In this document: one piece after another, positions 1 through 9,774 of the stretch
How the letters are laid out: each line of letters opens with the position of its first letter
How positions within the stretch are numbered: the first letter of the stretch is position 1
Virus record (IMG/VR): IMGVR_UViG_3300045988_120383
DNA length: 36,120 nucleotides
Direction: 5' to 3' (one strand)
Source: a virus
Position numbers and translations under genes: made by a program
The notes under the pieces: model-generated
Seen by the model: only the letters and a program-made list of their open reading frames with translations
Databases searched by the model: none
What the model was told of the DNA's origin: nothing

Positions 1-55
1 AAGAACTCGCTCGTAGAAGATGAAGCTAATTAAATAATGATAAGATGATGCAATA
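1..55. repeat. Terminal direct repeat, copy 1 (identical to 36066..36120); circular-closure overlap
   Basis: The first 55 nt (aagaactcgctcgtagaagatgaagctaattaaataatgataagatgatgcaata) recur exactly as the last 55 nt of the window. Confidence 0.9.
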
Positions 56-60
56 TTTCT

Positions 61-82
61 CCCCGGAGCTGATACTCCGGGG
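61..82. terminator. GC hairpin between the endolysin stop and the integrase end (weak terminator candidate)
   Basis: ccccggag-ctgata-ctccgggg forms an 8-bp stem. It is followed by aatattttt on the + strand. On the - strand it lies 8 nt after the endolysin stop but has a poor U tract. Confidence 0.3.
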
Positions 83-89
83 AATATTT

Positions 90-1064
90 TTAATATAACT
101 GGAATTTATCAAGCGCAATGCCGAAACATCCGGCATATCCGTCCTGCCCGTTTCCTACTTCATTGTCGAATTGCCACGGATAGTAACCGCCGCCAATCGG
201 AGCAACTCTGTACTGCGCTTTTTGATAACCATATTTTGCAACAATATCCGCCGGAGTATCATAATATACCTCTACGGCATCGATCACAGCTCCCGGATAT
301 CCAGCATAGCCGTTGTTTGCGTCAGACCAGTTACATCCGGTTACGTAAGGTAACCATCCCTTGCCCTTTACATGCACGCGGTATTTTACAGTACCTTTAT
401 TAACCTTTATCGCGATACCGGCGATTGTACGACCCGGAAGTCCTGCAAAATCAGACAGGTTATTCACAAAGGGCAGGATTGTTCCGTCGGTCAACATAAC
501 GCCATAAGTAAACACAATGCCGGGATCACCGGATGCTGCACTGCTTCCGCCTCCACTGACAACCGGAGCATCCGGCAACTTGTCCATTCCCATATACTCA
601 CGGATTTTATTAATAAAATATGTTTTACAGCCAGATGTGCCCCCATGAATCTCTACAGATCTGTGCGGGCACGCTGTCGCGAATACCTCCTTGTGCAGCC
701 GGATTGTATTCGTGTTTGGAACGATACCGTACTGCTTACACTTCTGCGCCGCCAACTTCAACGCATTCTCTTCATTTTTCTTAAAGATTTCCAAATCCCC
801 CATACTCTGACAGACCTCGATCGAATAATAGTTCCGGTTTCCGTCCGTCTGCCCGCAGTGCCATGCTGCGTAGGCATCATCTTCCGCATACAAGATCCCG
901 TCACTAGCTACATAAGCGTGAGCAAATCCGTTTTCTAACGGATGCGTTTGCAGCCATTTTCTGTAAAACGCTGCATTTGCATTTTGTGATCCTGCATCGT
1001 TGTGAATAAAAATTCCTCTCGGATTTCCACCTCTAAGTCCTGCTACTCCTCTACAAATACTCAT
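90..1064 (-). CDS. Endolysin: N-acetylmuramoyl-L-alanine amidase (Amidase_2/PGRP-type) with C-terminal ChW-like wall-binding repeats
   Basis: ORF 90..1115. The ATG at 1064 (MSICRGVAG...) is preceded by a GGAGAAG RBS, whereas the 1115 start is a GTG with no RBS. Motifs GIFIHNDAGS, AWHCG, YYSIEVC and ATACPHRS are present. Two C-terminal repeats of the form YRV..G.GW...GYAG..IDA follow. The gene sits directly after the holin. Confidence 0.85.
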   Translation of the reverse strand: MSICRGVAGLRGGNPRGIFIHNDAGSQNANAAFYRKWLQTHPLENGFAHAYVASDGILYAEDDAYAAWHCGQTDGNRNYYSIEVCQSMGDLEIFKKNEENALKLAAQKCKQYGIVPNTNTIRLHKEVFATACPHRSVEIHGGTSGCKTYFINKIREYMGMDKLPDAPVVSGGGSSAASGDPGIVFTYGVMLTDGTILPFVNNLSDFAGLPGRTIAGIAIKVNKGTVKYRVHVKGKGWLPYVTGCNWSDANNGYAGYPGAVIDAVEVYYDTPADIVAKYGYQKAQYRVAPIGGGYYPWQFDNEVGNGQDGYAGCFGIALDKFQLY

Positions 1065-1111
1065 GTTCTTCTCCTTTCTTCCGGCATTTGCACCGGCGCA
1101 AAAGAGGACGA

Positions 1112-1591
1112 TCACTCGCCCTCTGAATCTCCATCTTTATTTACGACCTTGTCTGCAACCTCTAAACCTTTAATCAATATAATCGGCACGTTAAATCCAG
1201 CTTCTACGAAATTTTCCAAAATCGAGCGAATCTCATTTATAAGCAAGCTGGCCAGTACGAACCATCCAAGCAATGTAGTGATCCCTAAATCTACACCGAT
1301 CGCCTTACCGATCTCGATAAAGATTGCCGATGCCCCAAACGCAACCATAATCATAAGCCAGTACCCCAACTTCTTAAGGACGCCTTTCCAGCCTCTGACA
1401 GAGTTTTCTTTGTTGGCCATCTTGCTCTTCATCCACCCGGTTATCCAGTCTGCTACATTAAGTAGCAAAAAGGCTGCAAATAAGATCCAGTGCTCTCCTA
1501 ATATGTAGGACAACACCGCCACAATCGCTCCTGCAATCGCATTGTATCCGTCAATAATTTCTTCTGCATAATTCATTTTCATATTCCTCAC
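1112..1591 (-). CDS. Holin (toxin-secretion/phage-lysis holin family, Phage_holin_4_1, TcdE/phi-LC3 type)
   Basis: 159 aa with 3-4 TM segments. Motifs NVADWITGW, SVRGWKGVLKKLGYW and LLINEIRSILENFVEAGFNVP are present, with a charged C-terminus. It lies immediately upstream of the amidase. Confidence 0.85.
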   Translation of the reverse strand: MRNMKMNYAEEIIDGYNAIAGAIVAVLSYILGEHWILFAAFLLLNVADWITGWMKSKMANKENSVRGWKGVLKKLGYWLMIMVAFGASAIFIEIGKAIGVDLGITTLLGWFVLASLLINEIRSILENFVEAGFNVPIILIKGLEVADKVVNKDGDSEGE

Positions 1592-1603
1592 TTTCCTTTC
1601 TCG

Positions 1604-2365
1604 TTATGCAACTTCTTTCCAGAGACTCTCGGATCCAACTGCACCCGGTTCCCACACATTGCTGTCTACAAGAGACTCCCACGTTTTCCCTTTATGTGTT
1701 ACCCTATCACCTTTTTTGTATGGGTTTGTGCTGTTTGGCTGCTCCCACGGCAATACTTTTCCGGTCGGATCTGTAAGCACCTTAGCATATAAACTTGAGG
1801 CGGTGTCCGGCGCCCAGTCCGCTTGAGATGTATGGTTTTGGAGTACCTTATATAGCGCATCTTGGTAAGTAATATACTTTCCAGTCTTGTAGGCTACTCC
1901 ATCGCCGCTCCATAAATCGTACAGATCTGCTACCTTAAGAGCCTGCTCATCATCTGTAATTTTCTCTGCAGATATTTTAGCCATCGCAAAGACAGACGCA
2001 TACGTTCCCGGTGCTCCACCGTTGCCACCGTTTTCCTTCAGTGCTTCTATGTCCTGCTTCGCTGTTTCCAACTTAATCCCCATGTCATCCAATCGCTCCT
2101 CTGTTGACAGACCGGCTTTATTATTTACAACTCCATAAATTCCACCCGGATATATCTCAGTATGATCGTATCCCGTGTAATTTTCCAAGGTATCTATGAT
2201 CTGCCCACGTTCTGTGACGTTCATCACCTTTGTTTTTGTTGCATCCTCAAAGATTTCTTTCAGCTTTTCCGGCGCAATTCCGATTGTCAAGAATCGCACC
2301 GCACCACCGATTTTTTCATATGACTGTATCGGCATATCAGTTGCATCATTAAAAATAAGTTTCAT
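1604..2365 (-). CDS. Tail-associated protein with two C-terminal CBM5/12-like carbohydrate-binding repeats
   Basis: 253 aa. The repeats are YKTGKYITYQDALYKVLQNHTSQADWAPD and YKKGDRVTHKGKTWESLVDSNVWEPG (aromatic-G-x-V/I...W.P pattern). It lies between the tail fibre region and the holin (XkdW-like position). Confidence 0.5.
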   Translation of the reverse strand: MKLIFNDATDMPIQSYEKIGGAVRFLTIGIAPEKLKEIFEDATKTKVMNVTERGQIIDTLENYTGYDHTEIYPGGIYGVVNNKAGLSTEERLDDMGIKLETAKQDIEALKENGGNGGAPGTYASVFAMAKISAEKITDDEQALKVADLYDLWSGDGVAYKTGKYITYQDALYKVLQNHTSQADWAPDTASSLYAKVLTDPTGKVLPWEQPNSTNPYKKGDRVTHKGKTWESLVDSNVWEPGAVGSESLWKEVA

Positions 2366-2464
2366 GTTATCATTCCTTTCTAAAAGATCTGTTTTCTGAC
2401 TCCGATTGGAATACGCAATAGGAAAGATGCGTTACAATTAAATACACCAAAAAGTAATTAATTA

Positions 2465-3346
2465 TCAAGCACACTCCCACTCAGCGTCGATAAAAAGGTA
2501 ATTATTTGTAGCTTTTGGGATGCAGAAAAACAGATTGCCGTTTGCTTTTGCTAAAGATGTACAAGCGACTGGGTTTTTATACGTTCCGTCTGATGCCACT
2601 ACATTTACAACAGTGTCATTTAATGGGCGATACTGTGGCGGTATCGAAAAAACATTGTCGTACACGTTGTTTGCAACTATTGTGGCAGTTGTATAGATTT
2701 CTATGTTTAGATGCACCGTTTTACCGATTTTATACGAGTTGCTTGCTATGGCTTCCCACACTCCTGCTCTTACGCCCAGATCCGTGGGCGTGAGCGTCTT
2801 TTTATCATGGTGAGCCTGTAATTGTAACAAATATGTATTTAACATAGGGATTGTCGGGACGCTCTCGAACATTTTTTCTACTTTTGTGATGCTTAACCCT
2901 TCAATTACCACTCGATAGAGCGGCATTTCCCTGATTTTTCCCGATTCGTAGAGGTTGTTTTGTGTCAGCGTCGGATCCGTTGCCGACCCGGTTGTGGATG
3001 CGCCCTGTTTGACCTCTAATGTGTAGGTGTCGATGCCACCTGTTCCCGTAGTGATGAATTTTGCTATGATGATGTCGTTTCGGTTTCTGCCGGATTGCCC
3101 GTTGACAATCTCACAGTCAATATAATCTCCGTACGGGATGCGGGCAAAATGTCCGCCTACTACGATAACTCCGTCTTTTACTCGTACTTTGTTGTTACTG
3201 ATCACCTGACTTTCACATTGCTGGCCGATCATCATGACCCCATCTGATCCGACAATGCTCTGATAAATCGCTGCGTCGTCTTCCGCGTAAATATGTGCCT
3301 CCGCCGCTGGGTCGGTATTGATTGTAATTCCTTTCAGTTCTCCCAT
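2465..3346 (-). CDS. Putative receptor-binding / tail fibre protein
   Basis: 293-aa ORF and the last large gene of the tail module. Coupled ATG directly abutting the upstream stop at 3347. No motif recognised; the call rests on position only. Confidence 0.35.
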   Translation of the reverse strand: MGELKGITINTDPAAEAHIYAEDDAAIYQSIVGSDGVMMIGQQCESQVISNNKVRVKDGVIVVGGHFARIPYGDYIDCEIVNGQSGRNRNDIIIAKFITTGTGGIDTYTLEVKQGASTTGSATDPTLTQNNLYESGKIREMPLYRVVIEGLSITKVEKMFESVPTIPMLNTYLLQLQAHHDKKTLTPTDLGVRAGVWEAIASNSYKIGKTVHLNIEIYTTATIVANNVYDNVFSIPPQYRPLNDTVVNVVASDGTYKNPVACTSLAKANGNLFFCIPKATNNYLFIDAEWECA

Positions 3347-4540
3347 CTAGTCATCTCCTTTTACTTTATATTCTGTTGTTGTTTTTCCGTTTTTTGTTTT
3401 TATGATTTTTCTAACGATCGGCTTTTGTAGTCTCGTTCCTGTAATTTCTTCATATCCGCCGACGATGTCGCCGATTTCCAAGTCGATCCCTTCTACGTTT
3501 ACGTCGATGCTTTTATAGTTTTGCAGCTCTTTTAGACGCTTTGCTCCATCCTCTTCCAGCTTTTCTTTGTCTGCGCTCGAAAACTCATAAACCGCTTCAT
3601 TTTCTTCAAGTCCAGTGTAATACGGGGTCTTTCCGATGCTCCCGTCCTTTTGGACGTATAAATGCAGAATGATCCTTTCTTCGTTTTGTCCTTTTCCGGC
3701 ACAGATTAAGTGATTCACGCCACCTCTGTAATCTTTTACGGTAAACTGCACCTCTCCATCTTGCGAGTATTCCAGCGTTTCCGAATAGTTTTTGATCTGT
3801 ACGGCTCTGACGGAAACGTATCCATAATCAAGGTTTTCCGGCTCAACGTAGCTGATCTGCAGGCGATATCCTTGAGCGCTTAACATTTTATCGACTGCAT
3901 CATATAACGTGACGTATCGGTCGATCTGCCAACCTGTGACGGTGATCCCTGCCTTTTCTTCCGGCACAAAAAAAAGACCGTCGAATCGGTCTTTGATAAG
4001 ATCTCTCAAAATATCGTTTAAATCTCCGCTTACTGTCAGGTGATCCTTTCCCTCCGGCGGTTCTATGATTTTTCGCTTTAGCAGTCCTCTCCACGTTGTG
4101 CCGCACCACACAATTTCTTGCGTTTTGGTCATCACTTCAAGACTGTTTAGGATTCCGCCGTATTCTGTTCTCGGTACAAAAATGCGATTTCCGTACCAGT
4201 ACCGCTCTTTTGTCCACTCTTCCTGCGGCAAGCAGATTTCAAAGTCGTCCGCATCTCCAAGATCCATGTCGATCGCAACGCTCTGATCTAAAAATCCCAG
4301 CTCTTCTCCGTTTTTTCGGGCAATGGTAAATTCTAGCGGAAATAGATCTGCATTTCGCACAATCAAGTCCCGAGTTTCTTCCGTTACTCCACCATTATCC
4401 CCAGTTGCGGTAATCATTACCGGGTAAACCACTTCTTTCGTTTTCGTTGCCGGCGCGTTTAGTTTTCCTTGATAGCGATTTTCTCCGATTTCCGGTAAAT
4501 TCTGCGCTCTCCCATTTAGCGCTGCTTCCACCCGCTCCAT
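3347..4540 (-). CDS. Tail tip/baseplate protein (Tal position; siphovirus Gp37-like minor structural protein)
   Basis: 397-aa ORF immediately after the distal tail protein. Its start overlaps the upstream stop by 25 nt. The call rests on synteny. Confidence 0.4.
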   Translation of the reverse strand: MERVEAALNGRAQNLPEIGENRYQGKLNAPATKTKEVVYPVMITATGDNGGVTEETRDLIVRNADLFPLEFTIARKNGEELGFLDQSVAIDMDLGDADDFEICLPQEEWTKERYWYGNRIFVPRTEYGGILNSLEVMTKTQEIVWCGTTWRGLLKRKIIEPPEGKDHLTVSGDLNDILRDLIKDRFDGLFFVPEEKAGITVTGWQIDRYVTLYDAVDKMLSAQGYRLQISYVEPENLDYGYVSVRAVQIKNYSETLEYSQDGEVQFTVKDYRGGVNHLICAGKGQNEERIILHLYVQKDGSIGKTPYYTGLEENEAVYEFSSADKEKLEEDGAKRLKELQNYKSIDVNVEGIDLEIGDIVGGYEEITGTRLQKPIVRKIIKTKNGKTTTEYKVKGDD

Positions 4541-5358
4541 CTTGGTTCGCTCCTTTCCTCGTAAATTACGAGATCCCAGTCGAATTTACCCGACCACACA
4601 ACTTTTTGCCGGCCGGGCGGGATTTTCTTGAAAAATGTCTTTCCTTTTTCCCGGTTGTGAAACGCGTTGACTTGTTCGCCGTTTTTTGACACTTTCGTAA
4701 TGATCCTCGTGCGGCTGTCTATCTCCAGCCGCTCTCCTTGCTCTAAAACAATGTTGACCAAATAGCTTTTATCTCCGATGATGACTTGAGGGTTTGCAAC
4801 CGGCCCATAAATTACAAGTGTAAAATTTGCGTCTGTAAAATGAGGGTTTTGGATGTATGTGTTGTTCATGCCATTCGCGTAGCGGCATGGGTAACGCCCG
4901 GGGTAGCGTTTATTGTCCGTAGACGATGCGCCGTAGCTGTGAAACGTGTACGGGTTTTCTGTGATCCAAAATGGATACGGTGCGTACACATTCATTTTTT
5001 TCCTTACGGTGCGTGCTAAATTGCACTCTTCGTATTTTGTTCCTACTATATAGCATTCGATGTATCCCCCTTTGAAGTATAGCTTTCCCGGGGATTTCGC
5101 CTGTAAATCTCTTTCTGTGATTCTGTGCAATCTTTCTGCCGACTCGGCTCGTTCTTCCTTGTTCCCTCGGAAGTCCAATATCATTTCATACCTTTTGGCT
5201 TTTTTTCCAAAACCGTTTATTTTGCTTCCTATTTTTAATTCGCTTTCGTCTAACTCCCACTCGTAATCATATAGTCCCGCTTTTTTAATCTGCGTTTTGA
5301 TCCGATTGTCCGAAAGATTTATTTCTTCCCCTGTGCTCCCGCTTTTATACACGAGCAT
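4516..5358 (-). CDS. Distal tail protein (Dit; phage tail family protein)
   Basis: 280 aa, directly downstream of the tape measure gene with a 14-nt overlap. Size and position are typical of Sipho_tail/Dit. Confidence 0.6.
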   Translation of the reverse strand: MLVYKSGSTGEEINLSDNRIKTQIKKAGLYDYEWELDESELKIGSKINGFGKKAKRYEMILDFRGNKEERAESAERLHRITERDLQAKSPGKLYFKGGYIECYIVGTKYEECNLARTVRKKMNVYAPYPFWITENPYTFHSYGASSTDNKRYPGRYPCRYANGMNNTYIQNPHFTDANFTLVIYGPVANPQVIIGDKSYLVNIVLEQGERLEIDSRTRIITKVSKNGEQVNAFHNREKGKTFFKKIPPGRQKVVWSGKFDWDLVIYEERSEPRWSGWKQR

Positions 5359-8300
5359 GGAACATCACCCCCAAATCAGACAGCGTCCTTGTTACCTCTC
5401 TATTTCCTATATACGCCACCAGTTTCATTTTGCTCATTCCTTCCAGTATTGTATCCCGAAAGATATTTTGTTCTTTAATTCCGGCTCTGCCTGCTTTTGT
5501 ATCAATTTTTCCGTTTATGTCACTAAAATTCAGTGACTCCATAACGGAGCTTTTTACGGATTCCGCGCGATCTTTTACTCCCATTCCGTAAGAGTCCATC
5601 GTGTTATTCCCCATGCGCCTAAACACATGAGACGGCGAATGTATTTCAAGTTTTTCGTTTGCTGCCCTGATGGCTGCCCCTGTCGCTTCCGTTATCGCAT
5701 ATATCACTTGTGATTTTCCCTGTTGTATTCCCAGCGCAAGTCCTTCTGGTATCCTCGTTCCTATATTTGCAAATTGTGTTACTGTCAGCATAGAGTTTAG
5801 CTGATTTATAATCGTCATTGCAACTCCCGTGCTTGCAATCATCACAGTTGCTTTCCCTAAATTCATCCCATTCGCAAGCCCTTGATCCACATAAATTCCC
5901 GATCGTGTTGTTTTTGCGGATGGGGAGCGTACGTCGAGTCCGTTGTTTACAGATTCAATCACTTTCACTCCTAAATCATGCCCTTGCGCTTCCGCTGCCG
6001 CTTGAGCATCTTGCATCCCTTTCACGAGGCCCGCAACCGTGTTTGCTCCGCTTTGCTGCATGATCGGAGCTAAGTTTTCCATTCCTCCGGCTATATTTGC
6101 CGCTCCACTCTCAAGTAACTGCTGCCCCCACTGATCGGTCATGCCTTTTATGTCAACGCTCTGACTCCAAAGCTCATTCGCTTTCGCGAGTTCTTCATCT
6201 GTCATGGATGCGAATGCAGCGACATATCCCGATCCTTGTGGACCCATCTCTGCAAGTTTTTGTAAGATCCCCTCATTAATTCCTTTGTTTGCGAGTGTGG
6301 AAAGATTCTGTTCCCATTGCGTCACGCCGTCTACTTGGCTTTGCATGTTCGACAGAAGCTGTTGTGTAGATATTTCTGCGCCACCGTCAAATGCCTCGAA
6401 CATGTCCATCTGTGAGGACAGTGCGCTTTGTACGCTTTCTTGCATTGTCAACACACTGTTTGTTACATCTGTCGCGAGTTGTTGTTGCGCTGCTGACAAT
6501 CCCTGGTATGCCGCCAGTTCTTCCCCAGCTTGCTCGATACTTGCTTTTGACGCTTCCTGTTTTTCCGTTTCCGCATCCGCATTCGCCTGTTTTGCTGCCG
6601 TGTTGTCGTCGGTTGCCTGTGTGTTTCGTTCTGCCTCCTCCGTATTTTTCTGCATATACTCGTAAGCGCTTTGATACTTGTCGTTTACTTCATTGCATTT
6701 TTCGTTCAGCTCTCCAAGCGCTTCCGTCTGTTCTTTTTGTCTTTCTTTTAGTTCCGCCTCTGCTTCGCTTACATCGGACAGCGCTGTATAATAATCCGTC
6801 AGCTCTCCGTTGAATTTGATCTGTTTTTCTGTTCCTTTTTCAACGGTTTCATAGTTTCCGTTTAAAAGGTTTTGTCGATCCTGTTCAAGTTTTTTTAATT
6901 CATTATCAATGTCTGCAAGGTTTTGTTCCGCTTCGTATCTCGCTATGTCTGCATCTACAAGTTTTTCTGATATTTCTATCATTTTTTCTTGTACCGCTGA
7001 AGCTTTTGCCAGTTCTAGCGCTGCGTCTGCCGATCTTCGCACCTGTTCTTCATTTCTGTTTAGTTCCCCTGTATTTTCATCAACTGACAGTGACAGCTCC
7101 GGGAACATCGTATTTAATTGACTCGTGATCGCGTTCATTTGTGCGATTTCACCCTTTGTTTTTCCCGTTTGGGATTCTAATGAGTACAGTTTTGCGATCA
7201 GTCCGTCAGCAACCTTCTTCTGTGCTTCTACTGTCTGCACGGAATCTTTTGCACTGTCAGTTGTTTCTTCTAATGCGTTCGACGTCTCTTTTAGTTTCTC
7301 TATATTCTTATCTGCTTCTTTTGCAAGCTCGCTCGTTTCTTCTTTCGCTTCTCGTAGACCCGACGAAAGAGCCGCGACTGCTGTTGTCGTGGCCGCTATT
7401 CCCAGTACGACAAGCGCGATCGGATTCGCTGAAAGCACGGCGTTAAAAGCTCCCTGCGCCGCTGTTGCCGCTCCGGTTGCCGCTGTATTTGCAGTTGTTG
7501 CCGCCGTTCCTGCTGCTGTTGCTGCTGTGTTTGCCGTTGTCGCCGCCGTCGATGCGTTTTCTGCTGCCGTTGCCGCTGTTTTTGCTACTGTATGTGCTCC
7601 AAGCCATTTGATCCCGCCTTTGATCCCTTTTTGCGTATCGTCTAAAAGTTTTACAAGTTCGTTTCCTTTTTTTACAACAAACATTCCGGCAATCACCGGT
7701 GCTGCCGCTTTTGCTAATACCGTAACCGCGCCGATATTGTCTTTTAGGACTTCCATTCCTTTTTTTGCCGTCGGTAAAAATTTTTCCAACATCGGCGTCA
7801 TTACGTCTATTTGAAATGTTCGCCCCAGTGTTTTCCATTGTTTTGCCACGCTATCATATTGAATCGATTTAATCTCCTGCATCGTTCCGCTTACATCTTT
7901 ATAGGCGTTATTCGCTTTATTTAAAGATGTAATCACTTTCATGGCGTTATCTTCACCAAGTGCGCTCCATGTGTTGCTTGCGATCGTAAGCGCTTGTTGT
8001 TTGTTCTCCATGTTTGCCAGATCGGATATTACAGACTGGAAAACTTGTTTTGTAGAAGCCTCTCCGTTTTTCCACTGTTCAAATAATATTTTTGTATTCC
8101 CTGAAAATGAATTGATATTTTTTTCGATTCTTCCGTCTGCCAAGCTGTTTCCGAACTCCTTTACGAAGTCGTTTACCTTGTCCAGATTGTATGCGCCAGA
8201 ATCTAACCCATTTTGTAATATCGAAAACATTTCCTCTGCCGAAAATCCGGCTTGTCCCCATAATTGACTATACTCCGCTAAGTTGTCCGTCAGTTCCCCG

Positions 8301-9349
8301 GACTTATCCAGACCATTCTGGGCGCCTTTTGCAATATAATCAAACGCCTGCTCTGCCGTTAACCCCATGTTGTCCATGAGCGCGTCCGCTCCTCGGATCG
8401 AATCGCTTAAATCTATTCCGAACGTCTCGTCTAGCGCCATGGCGCTTTCTGTCATTTCTTTTAGCTTTGATGGATCTGTTTCGTTTGTGTATTGTTTCAC
8501 GAGGGCCATCGTATCCGCAACGTCGCGAATTGAGTCGCCATACCCCGCAGAATAGACTTCCTGCATTTCCTCTTTGTATGCTTTTGTTTCTTCCGCCGTT
8601 GCTCCGGTACTTGCCTGTAAACGGTTCTGTGCTTCTTCTAGTTCAAGTGTTCCTTGTATCGCGCTTGTAAATGCGTCTTTTCCAATTTCCACCGCTGTAT
8701 TTGTGATATTTGCTTTTAATATCGTTCTTATTTCCGTTAGTTTCTCGACTGTGTCGTCTGCTTTATTTCCAAATTCGTCAATACTTTTCGCGCATCTATC
8801 CCAGCTTTTTTCTGCTTCTTTCAGGTATGTATCGTTTTCGTTTAACGCTTTTGTCGCTCGGATTGTCTGCGCTTCCGCGTTATTTAGCTGCTTTTTCCAG
8901 TCATTCACGCGGTTTCCGGCTCTTTGATATGTTTCTTCGCCTTTGCTTACGATTTTTTCCAATCCTTCTACTTGTTCCTGTTGTTCTTTTAGCGCTTCCT
9001 CCGTCGTATCGGATGATTTTTCCAGCTCTTCCAATGCGCTTTTTGCCTGCTGCAGCTTGCTTTTGTATTCGGCTAATTTGTTACCGACTTTTTCATACTG
9101 CTCTTCTGAATTTTTCAGTCCCTTTTTAATTGTTTCTTCTTTCTTTACGTGTTCGTCCAGTGTCCGTGATAAAACATCGTGTTTCTTTTTTAGCGCGTCG
9201 AGCGTGTTTGCGTTGCCTTCCGTCTGTGCTTCCACTAATTTCATCTCTGATCTTAACGTCCCTACGCTTTTATTACATGCAGATGTCGCGGTTCTAAATT
9301 CTTTTTCGCCGTCTAGTGTGATATATGCCCCAATATTCTTCTTTGCCAT
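5345..9349 (-). CDS. Tail tape measure protein
   Basis: 1334 aa with long coiled-coil Glu/Lys/Ala-rich stretches, an Ala/Thr-rich hydrophobic core (AATAAENASTAATTANTAAT...) and a TP901-type core (YSAGYGDSIRDVADTMALVKQY). RBS GAAGGAGGTGAG precedes the ATG at 9349. Confidence 0.95.
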   Translation of the reverse strand: MAKKNIGAYITLDGEKEFRTATSACNKSVGTLRSEMKLVEAQTEGNANTLDALKKKHDVLSRTLDEHVKKEETIKKGLKNSEEQYEKVGNKLAEYKSKLQQAKSALEELEKSSDTTEEALKEQQEQVEGLEKIVSKGEETYQRAGNRVNDWKKQLNNAEAQTIRATKALNENDTYLKEAEKSWDRCAKSIDEFGNKADDTVEKLTEIRTILKANITNTAVEIGKDAFTSAIQGTLELEEAQNRLQASTGATAEETKAYKEEMQEVYSAGYGDSIRDVADTMALVKQYTNETDPSKLKEMTESAMALDETFGIDLSDSIRGADALMDNMGLTAEQAFDYIAKGAQNGLDKSGELTDNLAEYSQLWGQAGFSAEEMFSILQNGLDSGAYNLDKVNDFVKEFGNSLADGRIEKNINSFSGNTKILFEQWKNGEASTKQVFQSVISDLANMENKQQALTIASNTWSALGEDNAMKVITSLNKANNAYKDVSGTMQEIKSIQYDSVAKQWKTLGRTFQIDVMTPMLEKFLPTAKKGMEVLKDNIGAVTVLAKAAAPVIAGMFVVKKGNELVKLLDDTQKGIKGGIKWLGAHTVAKTAATAAENASTAATTANTAATAAGTAATTANTAATGAATAAQGAFNAVLSANPIALVVLGIAATTTAVAALSSGLREAKEETSELAKEADKNIEKLKETSNALEETTDSAKDSVQTVEAQKKVADGLIAKLYSLESQTGKTKGEIAQMNAITSQLNTMFPELSLSVDENTGELNRNEEQVRRSADAALELAKASAVQEKMIEISEKLVDADIARYEAEQNLADIDNELKKLEQDRQNLLNGNYETVEKGTEKQIKFNGELTDYYTALSDVSEAEAELKERQKEQTEALGELNEKCNEVNDKYQSAYEYMQKNTEEAERNTQATDDNTAAKQANADAETEKQEASKASIEQAGEELAAYQGLSAAQQQLATDVTNSVLTMQESVQSALSSQMDMFEAFDGGAEISTQQLLSNMQSQVDGVTQWEQNLSTLANKGINEGILQKLAEMGPQGSGYVAAFASMTDEELAKANELWSQSVDIKGMTDQWGQQLLESGAANIAGGMENLAPIMQQSGANTVAGLVKGMQDAQAAAEAQGHDLGVKVIESVNNGLDVRSPSAKTTRSGIYVDQGLANGMNLGKATVMIASTGVAMTIINQLNSMLTVTQFANIGTRIPEGLALGIQQGKSQVIYAITEATGAAIRAANEKLEIHSPSHVFRRMGNNTMDSYGMGVKDRAESVKSSVMESLNFSDINGKIDTKAGRAGIKEQNIFRDTILEGMSKMKLVAYIGNREVTRTLSDLGVMFHARV

Positions 9350-9372
9350 TTTTTCTCACCTCCTTCGCGATA

Positions 9373-9405
9373 TAAAAAGAACACTTATTCGAAAATAAGT
9401 GTTCT
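9373..9405 (-). terminator. Rho-independent terminator downstream of the moron ORF, about 25 nt upstream of the tape measure RBS
   Basis: On the - strand: agaacacttat-tttcga-ataagtgttct (11-bp stem) followed by TTTTTA. Confidence 0.65.
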
Positions 9406-9444
9406 AATTGTTTTTTGTCCCGAAAATCATTCGTTTTTTCCATT

Positions 9445-9762
9445 CTATTTTTTTGTCAATTTTTCCGCATACTCTTTTACATATTTCTTGTACTCTTCTC
9501 GGCGGTATTCTTTGTATCTTGAAACTTCTATTCTTCCCCGGCTTTCCAGGGAACGAAGCATCATCCAAATCTTTTTTATAAGCACCGGTGTTAATCCGAA
9601 TACTATTCCAACAATCAACCTCTCCGCTTTCATTTCTGTTATTGCTGTATATATTCCCGCAAATATTCCCGATGCGAACCATATCATCATGTAGGGGTGC
9701 ATTTTCCACATGTAGCTTATTGTCGCTCTTACCAAAATGATATAAGGGTTATTTTTCTTCAT
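9445..9762 (-). CDS. Small two-TM membrane protein (moron inserted between the tail chaperone and the tape measure gene)
   Basis: 105 aa with RBS GAAGGAGG. Hydrophobic helices are MMIWFASGIFAGIYTAI and LIVGIVFGLTPVLI, followed by a Lys/Arg/Glu-rich tail. It is bounded by a hairpin upstream and a terminator downstream. Confidence 0.7.
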   Translation of the reverse strand: MKKNNPYIILVRATISYMWKMHPYMMIWFASGIFAGIYTAITEMKAERLIVGIVFGLTPVLIKKIWMMLRSLESRGRIEVSRYKEYRREEYKKYVKEYAEKLTKK

Positions 9763-9774
9763 TTCGTGCCTCCT

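Noticed and set aside
1-55. Terminal 55-bp repeats as attL/attR or virion direct terminal repeats.
   Set aside because: The integrase is a serine recombinase, which leaves no long duplicated core. The packaging module is cos/HNH type. An exact k-mer-length overlap fits an assembly circularisation artefact better.
5818-9398. Many + strand ORFs (for example 6204..6665, 7125..7814, 8574..8927, 8943..9398) and the - strand alternate-frame ORF 7443..7838, all overlapping the tape measure gene.
   Set aside because: They are shadow frames of a long, compositionally biased (Ala/Glu/Lys) coiled-coil gene. Their products are low-complexity Ser/Phe/Cys-rich, they have no RBS, and they lie opposite to the operon or out of frame.
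9404-9709. 101-aa ORF in an alternate frame overlapping the moron gene.
   Set aside because: It is on the same strand but lacks an RBS. The 9445..9762 frame has GAAGGAGG and clear TM helices.
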